Assembly (NCBI GenBank): GCA_963782055.1
Contig: CAWAIF010000003.1
Span: 3,200,001 to 3,264,000, forward strand
Direction: 5' to 3'
Length of the DNA stretch: 64,000 nt
DNA from: an uncultured delta proteobacterium
GTDB lineage: Bacteria; Myxococcota_A; Polyangia; Polyangiales; Polyangiaceae
Shown here in pieces: positions 19,222 to 28,578 of this stretch. Every line of letters starts with the position of its first letter. The stretch's first letter is position 1. Both the position numbers and the translations under genes were made by a program. The notes below the pieces were generated by a model that saw only the letters and a program-made list of their open reading frames with translations, was not told the origin of the DNA and did not search any database.

Positions 19222-19821
19222 TTGGCGAAAAAGACACGATCGGGCGGAGGGGGCGCGGGGCGTGAGGGCGAGCGTCCGCGGATCAAGACATCGCACCACG
19301 GCAAGCCGGCGGCAGGTCCCGCGGCGCCGCCGCGAAAGCGCGCGACCCGGGCCGCGCCGCGGCCGACGACGGCGGCGAGCGCCGCGGCGGGGCTCAAGGC
19401 GGCGCTCGGGCCGCGCACGCGCAAGGCGAAGGCCGGTCCCATCGACACCGGCGCGGTCGCCAGCGACGAGGCGCGCCGGCTGGCCATCGAGATTGCCGTG
19501 GCCGCGCTGGAGAAGAAGGCGGTGGGCCTGGAGATCCTCGATGTATCGGGCAAGGTGGACTACGCCGATTTCCTGGTGCTCATGACCGGGCGCAGCGACC
19601 GGCAGGTCTCCGCGCTGGCGCAGGCGATCGAGGAGGCGCTGGGGAAGCGCGGGCGGCGGCCGCTGAGCGTGGAGGGCATGCCCAACGCGAGCTGGGTGCT
19701 GATGGACTTCGGAGACGTGGTCGTGCACGTGTTCCAGGAAGAGGCGCGGAACCTGTACGACCTGGAGGGCCTCTGGCTGGACGCGAGGAGGATTCCGGTG
19801 CCCGGGGAGGAGGTCACGTGA
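19222..19821 (+). CDS. rsfS: Ribosome silencing factor RsfS/Iojap with basic N-terminal extension
   Basis: ALEKKA, D..DFLVL.TG.SDRQV, WVLMDFGDVVVHVF..R..YDLEGLW. Start uncertain (TTG 19222 after GAGGAG). Confidence 0.9.
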   Translation: MAKKTRSGGGGAGREGERPRIKTSHHGKPAAGPAAPPRKRATRAAPRPTTAASAAAGLKAALGPRTRKAKAGPIDTGAVASDEARRLAIEIAVAALEKKAVGLEILDVSGKVDYADFLVLMTGRSDRQVSALAQAIEEALGKRGRRPLSVEGMPNASWVLMDFGDVVVHVFQEEARNLYDLEGLWLDARRIPVPGEEVT

Positions 19822-19827
19822 AGGCGG

Positions 19828-21180
19828 TCACTCCGCTCGCATCCGCATCCGCATCGGCAGCCCGCCCCTGGGCCGCAGCGTGATCAGGGGCTGCGGCACC
19901 GCCTGGTGGCCGGGCAGGTGCTCCGGTCTCGCGCGCTGCACCAGCGTGGCGACCACCAGCACCGCCTCCATCATCGCGAAGGCCTGACCGATGCAGATCC
20001 TCGGACCGCCGCCGAAGGGGAAGTAGGCGAAGCGCGCGCGCGACGCCTCGCGCTCGTGGGTGAAGCGGTCCGGGTCGAAGCCCTCCGGGTTGGGCCAGAT
20101 GTCCGGGTGCCGGTGCGTCACGTACGGCGACGCGAAGACGAGGGTGCCGCGCGGGACCGCGACGCCGGCGATCTCGTCGTCCTGCTCCGCCAGCCGGCCG
20201 AGGATCCACGCGGGCGGGTACAGGCGCATCGACTCCTTGATCACGCGCGTGGTGTACTCCAGGCGCGGCACGTCCTCCGGCGTGGGGACTCGGCCGCCGA
20301 GCACGCCCTGGATCTCGTCGGCCATCGCGCGATCGATCCCGGGGTGGAGGGAGAGCAGGTGGAAGGTCCACGCCAGGGCGTTGGCGGTCGTCTCGTGGCC
20401 GGCGAGGAAGATGGTCATGACCTCGTCGCGGATCTGCCCGTCGGTCATGCCCTGCCCGTCGTCGTCGCGTGCCTCGAGCAGCAGGTTGAGCAGATCCCCC
20501 GGGCGACCCTTGCCCGCGCGGTGCTCGGCGACGGCGCGCAGCACGACGGTGTCGAGCACGGCCAGGCGCCTCGCCAGGGCCCGGTTGCGGCGGGTGGGGA
20601 CCTCCGGCGGCACGTCGTAGAGCACGCGCGTCCGCGCGTTGACGTCCTGGAGCACGTGCGTCACGGCGCGGCCGAGCTCGTCGGTCTCCGCGCGCACGTC
20701 GGTGCCGAGGAGGGTCTCGGCCACCACGTGCAGGGTGAGGCGCATCATGTCCTGCGCGACGTCCGCCACCGCGCCGGCGCGGGCAGCGCGCTCCCACCGG
20801 CCGGCGACCTCCTCCGCCGCGCGCGTCATCACCTCGGCGAAGGCGCGGATGCGATCCTTGTGGAAGGCGGGCTGCATGATGCGCCGCTGCCGCAGCCAGA
20901 AGTCGCCCTCGCTGGTGAGCAGGCCGTTGCCCAGAACGATGCGCAGCTTGTCGAAGCCACGCGTCTCCTTGCTGTAGGTCTTGTGGTGGTCCTGCAGGAC
21001 GTGGCGGATGTGGTCGGGGTGGGCAAGAAGGTGCCCGCGCACCCAGCCGAAGCGCAGGCGCGCCACGTCCCCGCACTGGTCGAAGGCGTCCAGCATGAAG
21101 CGCAGCGAGTCGCGCCGGAGCTGGGCGAAGTGCCCGAGGAGCAGGTCGCCGCGCGGCGCGGGCGCGATCGCCGCGGTCAC
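19828..21180 (-). CDS. Cytochrome P450
   Basis: AGHETT I-helix, ESMR (ExxR), FDPDRF, FGGGPRICIG heme-Cys motif. GTG start overlaps the tatC stop. Confidence 0.95.
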   Translation of the reverse strand: MTAAIAPAPRGDLLLGHFAQLRRDSLRFMLDAFDQCGDVARLRFGWVRGHLLAHPDHIRHVLQDHHKTYSKETRGFDKLRIVLGNGLLTSEGDFWLRQRRIMQPAFHKDRIRAFAEVMTRAAEEVAGRWERAARAGAVADVAQDMMRLTLHVVAETLLGTDVRAETDELGRAVTHVLQDVNARTRVLYDVPPEVPTRRNRALARRLAVLDTVVLRAVAEHRAGKGRPGDLLNLLLEARDDDGQGMTDGQIRDEVMTIFLAGHETTANALAWTFHLLSLHPGIDRAMADEIQGVLGGRVPTPEDVPRLEYTTRVIKESMRLYPPAWILGRLAEQDDEIAGVAVPRGTLVFASPYVTHRHPDIWPNPEGFDPDRFTHEREASRARFAYFPFGGGPRICIGQAFAMMEAVLVVATLVQRARPEHLPGHQAVPQPLITLRPRGGLPMRMRMRAE

Positions 21181-22028
21181 GAGTCGTCCGCCTTCTTCTC
21201 TTCCTCCGGCTCCTTCTTCTTGCGCGCCACCACGAACGAGATGAGCACCGAGAGGAAGTAGAGCACCACCAGCGCGCCGCTCACCGCCATCTGGCTGGTG
21301 ACCTCCGGCCCCGGGGTGGCGATCGCGCCCACCACGAAGGCCAGGAGCACCGCCCAGCGGCCGAACCGGAGGAGCTGTCTCGGCGTGACGATGCCCGCCA
21401 TCGCCAGGAAGGAGATGAAGAGCGGCAGCTCGAACACCGCGCCGAACGCGAGGAGCATGCGGGTGGTGAAGTCGAGATAAAACTCCAGCGTGGGCCGCTG
21501 CGTGAGGACCGTGCCGCTGGTGTCGACCTGCCCGAGCAGGGAGAAGAAGTAGTTGAAGGTGAAGGGGAAGGCGACGTAGTAGGCGAAGGCGACGCCGGAG
21601 AGGAAGAGCGACGTGGAGAAGACCACGAAGGGCACGATGAAGCGCCGCTCCTTCTTGTACAGGCCCGGACTGATGAACGCCCAGAGCTGGTAGAAGATGA
21701 TCGGCGCCGCGGCGATGACGCCGGCCATCAGCGAGAGCTGGAGGTAGCCGATGAAGACGTCCGCCGGGGAGAGGGTCTGCAGCTCCGGCGCGCCGGGGAG
21801 GTGCCTGCCCATCCAGGCCTTCTCGTAGGGCTTGAGCAGCCAGGCGAGGATGCGCACGCGGTAGACCCACGCGACCACCGTGCAGATCGCCGTGCCGATC
21901 GCCGCGCGCACCAGGCGGGTCCGGAGCTCCGCCAGGTGCTCCCAGATCGTCATCTTGACGTCCTTCTCCGGAGTCTCCGGAGTCTCCGGAGTCTCCGGAG
22001 TCTCCGGCTCTTCGGCGGCGGCGGTCAT
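21177..22028 (-). CDS. tatC: Twin-arginine translocase subunit TatC
   Basis: MTIWEHLAELRTRL, YQLWAFISPGLYKKE, FGAVFELP, six TM segments. Confidence 0.95.
   Translation of the reverse strand: MTAAAEEPETPETPETPETPEKDVKMTIWEHLAELRTRLVRAAIGTAICTVVAWVYRVRILAWLLKPYEKAWMGRHLPGAPELQTLSPADVFIGYLQLSLMAGVIAAAPIIFYQLWAFISPGLYKKERRFIVPFVVFSTSLFLSGVAFAYYVAFPFTFNYFFSLLGQVDTSGTVLTQRPTLEFYLDFTTRMLLAFGAVFELPLFISFLAMAGIVTPRQLLRFGRWAVLLAFVVGAIATPGPEVTSQMAVSGALVVLYFLSVLISFVVARKKKEPEEEKKADDS
21965..22007. repeat. 9-bp tandem repeat (TCTCCGGAG) x4 plus partial, in-frame in tatC N-terminus (PET repeats)
   Basis: Four perfect copies at 21965-22000 plus TCTCCGG, directly visible. Confidence 0.95.
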
Positions 22029-22549
22029 TCGGCGGGATGCTCGGCGGACTGGCTCGTCGCGGCGGCGGGCGGGAGGACCGCGCTCTCGTCCCCGGTCATG
22101 TAGAGCGGGTCGTCGGCGAGGGGGCTCTTCGGCAGCGTGCCGGTGTAGACGATCGCCGTGTCGGGTAGCGCGCCGTAGGAGTCGGGCCCCTCTCGCGGGT
22201 TCTCCCTGTCGCGCTCCACGTACATCTCCGGGTCGTGCATCGGCTCCGGCGCCAGCGGCTCCGACCGGGACGTCGTCGCCGCGGCGGCCGCGCCGACGCT
22301 GGCGGAGCGCACCATGCCGCCCAGGTCCACCCGGGCGAGCTTGCGGATCTCGTGGATGGGCTCGGCCAGGCCCTCGTCGCGCAGGGCGTCGTCGATGCCG
22401 CTCTGCGCGCGCAGGTCCGCCGCCATGCGTCGCATCTTCCCCGACCACTTCCCGAGCTTGCGAAGGATCTTGGGCAGCTCCTTCGGCCCGAAGATGACCA
22501 GGGCGACGATCACCACGACCGTCAGCTCGCCAAAACCCATCCCGAACAC
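22025..22549 (-). CDS. tatB: Twin-arginine translocase subunit TatB
   Basis: MFGMGFGELTVVVIVALVIFGPKELP followed by an amphipathic helix; directly upstream of tatC. Start placed at GTG 22549. Confidence 0.88.
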   Translation of the reverse strand: MFGMGFGELTVVVIVALVIFGPKELPKILRKLGKWSGKMRRMAADLRAQSGIDDALRDEGLAEPIHEIRKLARVDLGGMVRSASVGAAAAATTSRSEPLAPEPMHDPEMYVERDRENPREGPDSYGALPDTAIVYTGTLPKSPLADDPLYMTGDESAVLPPAAATSQSAEHPAE

Positions 22550-22556
22550 GGGGCGA

Positions 22557-22562
22557 ACCATA
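22557..22562 (-). promoter_or_regulatory. Putative extended -10 element (TG-C-TATGGT) 7 nt before the tatB GTG
   Basis: TAnnnT with upstream TG. The resulting start gives a canonical MFG- TatA/B N-terminus. Confidence 0.5.
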
Positions 22563-22622
22563 GCACGTACCGCGCGCGCCGGCGGGGCCGCGCCGTCACG
22601 AGAAATCGGCTAGAACTCGGGC

Positions 22623-23708
22623 GTGATTGCGCTCCAGGCGGTGACCCCGGACGAGCTCGTGCGCGCGCTGCCGGTGCTGCGCCCGGAAGAGGCGCGCAAG
22701 GTGGTGAGCGCGGTGCACCGCCGGGGCTGGCCAATCCCACCGGTGGCGGGGGTGAGGCGCATCGCCCTGGAGGCGGTGCGGGCGGCCGGCCATGTCCCGT
22801 CGCTCCAGGTGGCGCGCGTGCAGTCGAGCGCGGTGGACCCCTTCCGCAAGCTGGTGCTGGCCTCGCACGACGGCCAGGTGGTCGAGGCGGTGCGCATCCC
22901 CCTGGAGCGCGCCGGTCGCTTCTCGGCGTGCGTCAGCTCGCAGGTGGGCTGCGCCCTCGCGTGCGCCTTCTGCGCCACCGGCAAGATGGGCCTGCAGCGC
23001 AACCTGGAGGCGTGGGAGATTGTCGAGCAGGTGCGGGCGGTGCGGCGCACGCTCGACGCGGCGGCAGGGCAGCGCGTGCACGGCGTGGTCTTCCAGGGGA
23101 TGGGCGAGCCGCTCGCCAACCTGGATCGCGTGCTCGCCGCCATCCGGGTGCTGGCCGACCCGTGCGCGCAGGCCATCGACGCGCGGGCGATGACGGTGTG
23201 CACCTCCGGACTGCCTTCGGGGATCCTCCGGTTGCTCCGCGAGGCGCCGCGCGTGCGCCTGGGGCTGTCCATCGGCTCGGCGATCGCCGGGGACCGCGAG
23301 GGCATCATGCCCATCGACGCCTCCCACACGCTGGCGGAGGTGCTCGCGGCCGCGGCCGAGCACGCGCGCGCGACGCGCAACGCGCCCATGTGGGCGGTGG
23401 CGCTGCTGGAGGGCCGCAACGACACCCCGGAGCACGCGGCCGCGCTGGCCGATCGCGCGCTCCTGTTCGCCCGCGAGACGGGCGTGCGGCCGCGCATCAG
23501 CGTCATCCCTTACAACGACGTGCCCGGCGCCGGGTTCCGCCGCGCCTCCGCGGCGCGCGAGGAGGCCTTCCGTGACGCGCTGGCGGCGCGCGGCGTCCGC
23601 TCTCACAAGCGCTACAGCGGGGGAGGGGACATCGCCGCCGCCTGCGGCCAGCTCGCCTCCGTGCGCGGTCTTCCCCTCTCCCACCAGGGAGAGGGAGGGC
23701 CGGGGTGA
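22623..23708 (+). CDS. RlmN/Cfr-family radical SAM RNA methyltransferase (divergent paralog)
   Basis: ACVSSQVGCALACAFCATG (CxxxCxxC plus resolving Cys), FQGMGEP, IPYN, DIAAACGQL. Confidence 0.88.
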   Translation: MIALQAVTPDELVRALPVLRPEEARKVVSAVHRRGWPIPPVAGVRRIALEAVRAAGHVPSLQVARVQSSAVDPFRKLVLASHDGQVVEAVRIPLERAGRFSACVSSQVGCALACAFCATGKMGLQRNLEAWEIVEQVRAVRRTLDAAAGQRVHGVVFQGMGEPLANLDRVLAAIRVLADPCAQAIDARAMTVCTSGLPSGILRLLREAPRVRLGLSIGSAIAGDREGIMPIDASHTLAEVLAAAAEHARATRNAPMWAVALLEGRNDTPEHAAALADRALLFARETGVRPRISVIPYNDVPGAGFRRASAAREEAFRDALAARGVRSHKRYSGGGDIAAACGQLASVRGLPLSHQGEGGPG

Positions 23709-23710
23709 GG
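23673..23710. repeat. REP-like hairpin CCCTCTCCC-N4-GGGAGAGGG...GGGGTGAGG (copy 1)
   Basis: 9-bp stem. Same architecture as 38618-38657. Lies at a convergent gene junction. Confidence 0.7.
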
Positions 23711-23711
23711 C

Positions 23712-24707
23712 TCATCCCCCGAGGATTGTCGGGTCGATGTTGACGTGCGCCATCCCGTCGCCCACCGCGCCGGTGGAGTCGCGGACCTCCACCTTGACGT
23801 CGAGCGGCTGGCCCAGGAAGGGGTGGTAGTCGATACCCTGGTTGTCCAGCTGGTAGCGCAGGCCGTAGAGCTTGCAGTAGCCGCCCTCGTCGGGGTCGAA
23901 GGTGAAGACGAAGGAGGTCGGCGGGATGGTGAGGCCGGTGCCCGGCTGCGTGGCGCTGATGGTCGTCGTCGAGCCGGAGCGCTTCAGGTTGCGCATGCGC
24001 ACCGCCACGTAGAAGTGGTGGCCGCCCTGCGGGCCGAGCTCCGCCTGCACCACCTGACCATCGGTGAGCGGGAGGAAGTCGGTCTGGCCGGTGCCGACGA
24101 CGACCTCGGGGGGGCCAGGGTTGGCGGGGCGGCAGATGTCCGGCACCGCCGTCGGCCAGTTGGCGACGTAGTTCTCCAGCGCGGGGCCCGGCACGGTGTC
24201 GTCGACGCACGCGCCGCCCACGCAGGTCTGCGGCGCGGTGCACGTCGGGCCGGGCACGTTGTTGCTGCCCGGCGGCCACTGGTTGACGCAGCGGCTCTCC
24301 AGCCGGATGCGCAGCAGCTTGTCGATGCCGGGCACCATCTCGGTGCGGGCGGTGCGCACCAGCAGCGGAGGCTCCCCCGACGAGGGGTCCAGCCCGGCGA
24401 AGGCCTCGATGCGGACCGACACCTTCGCGCTCGCGTCGCCCTTGCCGTCGACGGCGATCTCCTTCGGGAAGAGCGGTCCATCGGAGGCGCGGAACACCTC
24501 GTCGGCCTGCGGCACCGCGTCGACGGTGGTGGTGGCGTGCAGCGACCCGACCAGACCGCTCAGGTCGTCGGTCTGGACGCCCACCGTCAGCGAGCCCGCC
24601 GGCGTCGTCCGCGGGCCGCACGCCCCGGCGACGAGGACGCCCGCCACCGCCGCCAGGCCGTGAGCCCACCGTGATCGGGGAGTCGTGGTGTGCCGTGCCG
24701 CCTTCAA
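23712..24707 (-). CDS. Hypothetical lipoprotein with Cys-rich middle and C-terminal beta domain
   Basis: GGAGG then TTG at 24707; lipobox-like VAGAC; C..PQTCVGGAC; GPQGGHH motif. Confidence 0.7.
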   Translation of the reverse strand: MKAARHTTTPRSRWAHGLAAVAGVLVAGACGPRTTPAGSLTVGVQTDDLSGLVGSLHATTTVDAVPQADEVFRASDGPLFPKEIAVDGKGDASAKVSVRIEAFAGLDPSSGEPPLLVRTARTEMVPGIDKLLRIRLESRCVNQWPPGSNNVPGPTCTAPQTCVGGACVDDTVPGPALENYVANWPTAVPDICRPANPGPPEVVVGTGQTDFLPLTDGQVVQAELGPQGGHHFYVAVRMRNLKRSGSTTTISATQPGTGLTIPPTSFVFTFDPDEGGYCKLYGLRYQLDNQGIDYHPFLGQPLDVKVEVRDSTGAVGDGMAHVNIDPTILGG

Positions 24708-24797
24708 GGATCCTCCGGGATTGTCCCGCGTGCGTGCCGCATGGGCAACGTGTAGCAAGCGCCGCGCCCACAGCCGTTCTGCGGTATGGTCGGGCCG

Positions 24798-26132
24798 ATG
24801 CGGCGGGCCTGGGTAGGGTTGGGAGTCGTGTGCGCGGCGGCGCTGGCACCGCGCCCGGCCGCGGCCTCCCCGGAGGACATCTTCGGCTACGGGCCGCGCT
24901 CGGAGGCCATGGGCGCCACCGGCGCCGCCGCCGCGCACGACTACGAGGCCACCTACGCCAACCCCGCGCTGCTCTCGCGCATCCGCGAGCCGCGCCTCGC
25001 CCTCGGCCTGCAGGGCGCGACCTTCGACCTGCACGCGAGCGGCACCGGCCTGCCCGGCAAGGTCTCCGCGCGCCCGGCGAAGGGCGTGGACATCGGGGTG
25101 GACCTGCCCATCCCCTTCGGCGGCGCGCTGAAGAACCGCGTCGCCGGCGGGCTGGCCTTCTACACCCCCACCGACGTCCTGGTGCGCGGCAGCATCCTTT
25201 ACCCGGAGACGCCACAGTTCCCGCTGCTGCCCGACCGCACGCAGTGCCTCGCCATCCGGCTGGGAGTCGGCGCGGACATCGGCCACGGCTTCCGCCTGGG
25301 CGTCGGGTTCGGGGCGCTCGCCGAGATCGTCGGCGACGTGATCGTGGCGACCGACTCCTCCGGGCGCGTCGGCTCCAAGGTGGAGGACCAGCTCATCGCG
25401 GTCTACGCGCCCATCGTCGGCGCGTCGTGGGAGCACCCGCTCGCCGGCGGCACCCTCCGCGTCGGCGCCACCTTCCGCGGGAAGCTGGACGCACGCTTCG
25501 CGGTGGCGATCGACGCCACCAAGCTGAGCTCGCTGGCGCTGCCCGTCTTCAACATCGCGGGCCTCGCGCAGTTCGACCCGCTGCAGGTCGCGCTGGACGC
25601 CGCGTGGGAGAAGCGCGGGTGGGTGCTCACCGCCGGGCTCACCTTCAAGCACTGGAGCGAGTACCCGGGTCCCTTCGAGGGCACCATCCAGTGCCCGGAG
25701 GACGAGCCGGACTGCGGCTCGCTCACGCCGCCCGAGATCGGCTTCTCCGACACGCTGGTCCCGCGGATCGGTGCAGAATACACCTTTCGTCTCCCCGACG
25801 AGGCGGCGCTCCACGTCCGCGGCGGCTACTTCTTCGAGCCCTCGCCGGTGCCTGGCACGTTGCCCTCCTCGCAGGCCTACAGCCCCGCAGCCCAGACGCT
25901 GGTCGACGTCCCGACGCGCTTCTTCGACGCCAGCCGCCATGTGCTGACCGCGGGGGTGGGCGTCTCGCTCCGCGCGCCGGTGCCGGTCAGCATCGACGCC
26001 TTCACCCAGCTCCACGTGCTGCACCCGCGCACGCTCCAGCTCGAGGCGGGGGACGGCGCGGGCGGCACGTCGACAGCCGACCTCTCCGGCGCGGTGTTCG
26101 CCACGGGCGTGGTGGTGGGGGTGGGGTTCTGA
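24798..26132 (+). CDS. FadL/TodX-like outer-membrane transporter 1
   Basis: Signal peptide; hatch motif FGYGPRSEAMG..ATYANPALL; amphipathic strands; PRIGAEY/VRGGYFFEPSP; terminal VGVGF. Confidence 0.78.
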   Translation: MRRAWVGLGVVCAAALAPRPAAASPEDIFGYGPRSEAMGATGAAAAHDYEATYANPALLSRIREPRLALGLQGATFDLHASGTGLPGKVSARPAKGVDIGVDLPIPFGGALKNRVAGGLAFYTPTDVLVRGSILYPETPQFPLLPDRTQCLAIRLGVGADIGHGFRLGVGFGALAEIVGDVIVATDSSGRVGSKVEDQLIAVYAPIVGASWEHPLAGGTLRVGATFRGKLDARFAVAIDATKLSSLALPVFNIAGLAQFDPLQVALDAAWEKRGWVLTAGLTFKHWSEYPGPFEGTIQCPEDEPDCGSLTPPEIGFSDTLVPRIGAEYTFRLPDEAALHVRGGYFFEPSPVPGTLPSSQAYSPAAQTLVDVPTRFFDASRHVLTAGVGVSLRAPVPVSIDAFTQLHVLHPRTLQLEAGDGAGGTSTADLSGAVFATGVVVGVGF

Positions 26133-27478
26133 TGCGCGCGCGCCTCGCCGCCGTCGCCGTCGTGGCCGCCGGGTTGCTCGCGCCGCGCGCCGCGCGGGCC
26201 AACCCGCTCGACACCTTCGGCTTCGGCTCGCGCGAGACCGCCATGGGCGGCGCGGTCTCCGCCGACGTCCACGATTTCTCCGCGGGCTACTACAACCCGG
26301 CGGGCCTGGCGCACTCGCCCTTCGAGATCGCCATCGGCTACTTCCGTGCGGTCCACGACCTGCGCACCAACGGCAAGAACAACAACGTGGACCCCGTCGC
26401 CGGGCTGAGCGGCGGGCTCGTCGTGCCGGGCAAGGTGCTGGGCTTTCCGGTGGCCTTCGGTCTGGCGCTCCACCTGCCCGACGACCGCATCTCCCGCGTG
26501 CGCGCCCTGCGTCAGGAGGAGCCGCGCTGGGAGCTCTACGACAACCGCAACCAGCGCCTGTACCTCGCCGCCAACGTCGCCATCAGCCCGTGGCCGTGGC
26601 TGGAGGTGGGCGGCGGCGTCTGCTTCATGTCGGCAACCGAGGGGCGGCTGGACATCACCGGGGAGGCCAACCTGCTGAACGTCTCGCAGTCGGAGCTGCG
26701 TCACGAGGTGAGCGCCGACCTGACGGCCGTGCGCTACCCGCAGCTGGGCGTGCGGGTGAAGGTCGGGCGGCGTGCGGCGCTCGCCCTGGTCTATCGCGGC
26801 CAGTTCTCCCTCGACCTGGACCTCTCCGCGCGCCTGCAGGGCGACATCAGCCTCGGCGCCCAGCCGCTCACGTCTGCGTACTACGCGCTGCAGGAGCACA
26901 GCGTGGACGCCTTCCTGCCGCAGCAGGTGGTGCTCGGCAGCTCCTTCGAGCTGACGCCGGCCCTGCACGCCAACCTGGATCTGACCTGGATCAACTGGAG
27001 CGCGTACGAGTCGCCGGTGGCGGACCTCAAGGTGAATCTGGACATCCCGCCGCCCGCCGGCGGGTGGCCGGCGGGGATCACCCCGCCCACGGTGCCCGCG
27101 CCGACGCAGCTCGTGCCGCTGGTGCTGCACGACCGCATCGTGCCGCACCTGGGCGTGGAGTGGCGCGCGGTGCGCGTCGGCAAGTGGGACGGCCTGGTGC
27201 GCGCCGGCTACGAGTTCCAGAAGTCACCCATCGAGCCGCAGACGGGCGTGACCAACTACATCGACCGCGACCGCCACTCCGTCTCGCTCGGGCTGGGCGT
27301 GCGCGTCGCGTCCCCCGCCGCCGTCCTCCCCGGTGACGTGCGCCTGGATCTCCACGCGCAGCTCAGCATCCTGCCGGAGGAGGTGACCGCCAAGGCGGAC
27401 CCGGCGGACCTGGTCGGCGACTACACCGCCGGCGGCTTCATCTGGAACCTCGGCACCACGCTCTCGGTGGGGTTCTGA
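26132..27478 (+). CDS. FadL/TodX-like outer-membrane transporter 2
   Basis: TGATG-coupled. FGFGSRETAMGGA..AGYYNPAGL; LTWINWS; HLGVEW; VRAGYEFQKSP; terminal LSVGF. Confidence 0.8.
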   Translation: MRARLAAVAVVAAGLLAPRAARANPLDTFGFGSRETAMGGAVSADVHDFSAGYYNPAGLAHSPFEIAIGYFRAVHDLRTNGKNNNVDPVAGLSGGLVVPGKVLGFPVAFGLALHLPDDRISRVRALRQEEPRWELYDNRNQRLYLAANVAISPWPWLEVGGGVCFMSATEGRLDITGEANLLNVSQSELRHEVSADLTAVRYPQLGVRVKVGRRAALALVYRGQFSLDLDLSARLQGDISLGAQPLTSAYYALQEHSVDAFLPQQVVLGSSFELTPALHANLDLTWINWSAYESPVADLKVNLDIPPPAGGWPAGITPPTVPAPTQLVPLVLHDRIVPHLGVEWRAVRVGKWDGLVRAGYEFQKSPIEPQTGVTNYIDRDRHSVSLGLGVRVASPAAVLPGDVRLDLHAQLSILPEEVTAKADPADLVGDYTAGGFIWNLGTTLSVGF

Positions 27479-28578
27479 TGCGCTCGCTTCGCGGCTCTCC
27501 GCTCCTGCTCCTCCTCGCGCTCGGCGCGTGCTCCACCCTCGGCACCGTCAGCGCGGGCGACCAGAACCTCCCCACCGCCGGCGTGGGCCCGTTCCGCGTC
27601 CTCGCCCCCACCGAGATGCAGGGCGTGCCGCCGTACGTGATGGACGACAAGCCGCGGACCTTCCGCGAGCCGGCCGCGCTGCCCCTCGGCGACGGCGAGA
27701 CCGACGTGGCGCTGTACCTCGTCTCGCAGGAGGACTCCGGCGGGACGAAGCACGGTGCCATCGTGCGCACGCGCGCCGATGACGCGCGCAGCTTCTACGG
27801 GGCCACGCAGGACGTCGGGCATCACCCGCAGGTGGTGCTGACGGCGGACCAGCCGTGGGAGGGCGCCGACCTCTCCGGCCCGAGCGCCCTGCGCGTCGGC
27901 GACGAGGTGCTCCTGTACTACGCGGGCTCCGGCGGCGTGGGTCTGGCCCGCTCCCCCGACGGCCTCGCCTTCACCAAGGTCGCCGGCCCGGTGCTACCCG
28001 GCGACGCGGGGGGCGCCATCTCCGGCCCGAGCGTCGCGCAGGTGCCCGACGGCACCTTCCGCATGCTCTTCACGCAGGGCGACTCCATCTACGAGGCGCA
28101 GAGCCCGGACGGCGTCGCCTGGACGCGCGTGGACGCCGACCCCTCCACGCCGGCGATGGACGCCGTGCTCGGGCCGGCGGCGGCGCCCACCGACCTGGCG
28201 CCGGGGGAGAAGCCGCCCTTCGACACGCTGCGCGTGGCCGACCCGTGCCTCGTCCCGCGCACCACGCCGGCCGGGCGCCTGCATTTCCGTGTACTCTACA
28301 CGGGGTATGCGGCGGCCGGGGACGGCGGCGCGCCGACGTCGGCGATAGGCTTCGCCGCGCGCTACGGCCTCAGCGGTCGCCTCTCGCGCCAGCGCCTGGC
28401 CGTCTACTCGCAGGACCTGCACGAGGCGGGGCCGGCGCTCTTCGAGTGGTCGGGCGGCTCGCTCCTCTACGTGCACCAGGACCGCAAGGGCGACACCGGC
28501 TACACCGCCATCGCCGCGGCGTTCGCGCCGGCGACCTCCACCTTGCCGGCGCCCTCGGACTTCGCGACGAGCCCGTGA
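27478..28578 (+). CDS. Lipoprotein with glycoside-hydrolase-like (five-bladed) beta-propeller repeats
   Basis: Lipobox LGAC; repeated blades SGPSAL..LLYY..GLARSPDGLAFTK, SGPSVA..MLFT..AQSPDGVAWTR, ADPCLV..VLYTG..IGFA. Confidence 0.68.
   Translation: MRSLRGSPLLLLLALGACSTLGTVSAGDQNLPTAGVGPFRVLAPTEMQGVPPYVMDDKPRTFREPAALPLGDGETDVALYLVSQEDSGGTKHGAIVRTRADDARSFYGATQDVGHHPQVVLTADQPWEGADLSGPSALRVGDEVLLYYAGSGGVGLARSPDGLAFTKVAGPVLPGDAGGAISGPSVAQVPDGTFRMLFTQGDSIYEAQSPDGVAWTRVDADPSTPAMDAVLGPAAAPTDLAPGEKPPFDTLRVADPCLVPRTTPAGRLHFRVLYTGYAAAGDGGAPTSAIGFAARYGLSGRLSRQRLAVYSQDLHEAGPALFEWSGGSLLYVHQDRKGDTGYTAIAAAFAPATSTLPAPSDFATSP

Noticed and set aside
19828..21870. 680-aa P450 with N-terminal extension or a TatC-P450 fusion
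   Set aside because: The extension is an off-frame reading of tatC, which has its own stop at 21177-21179.
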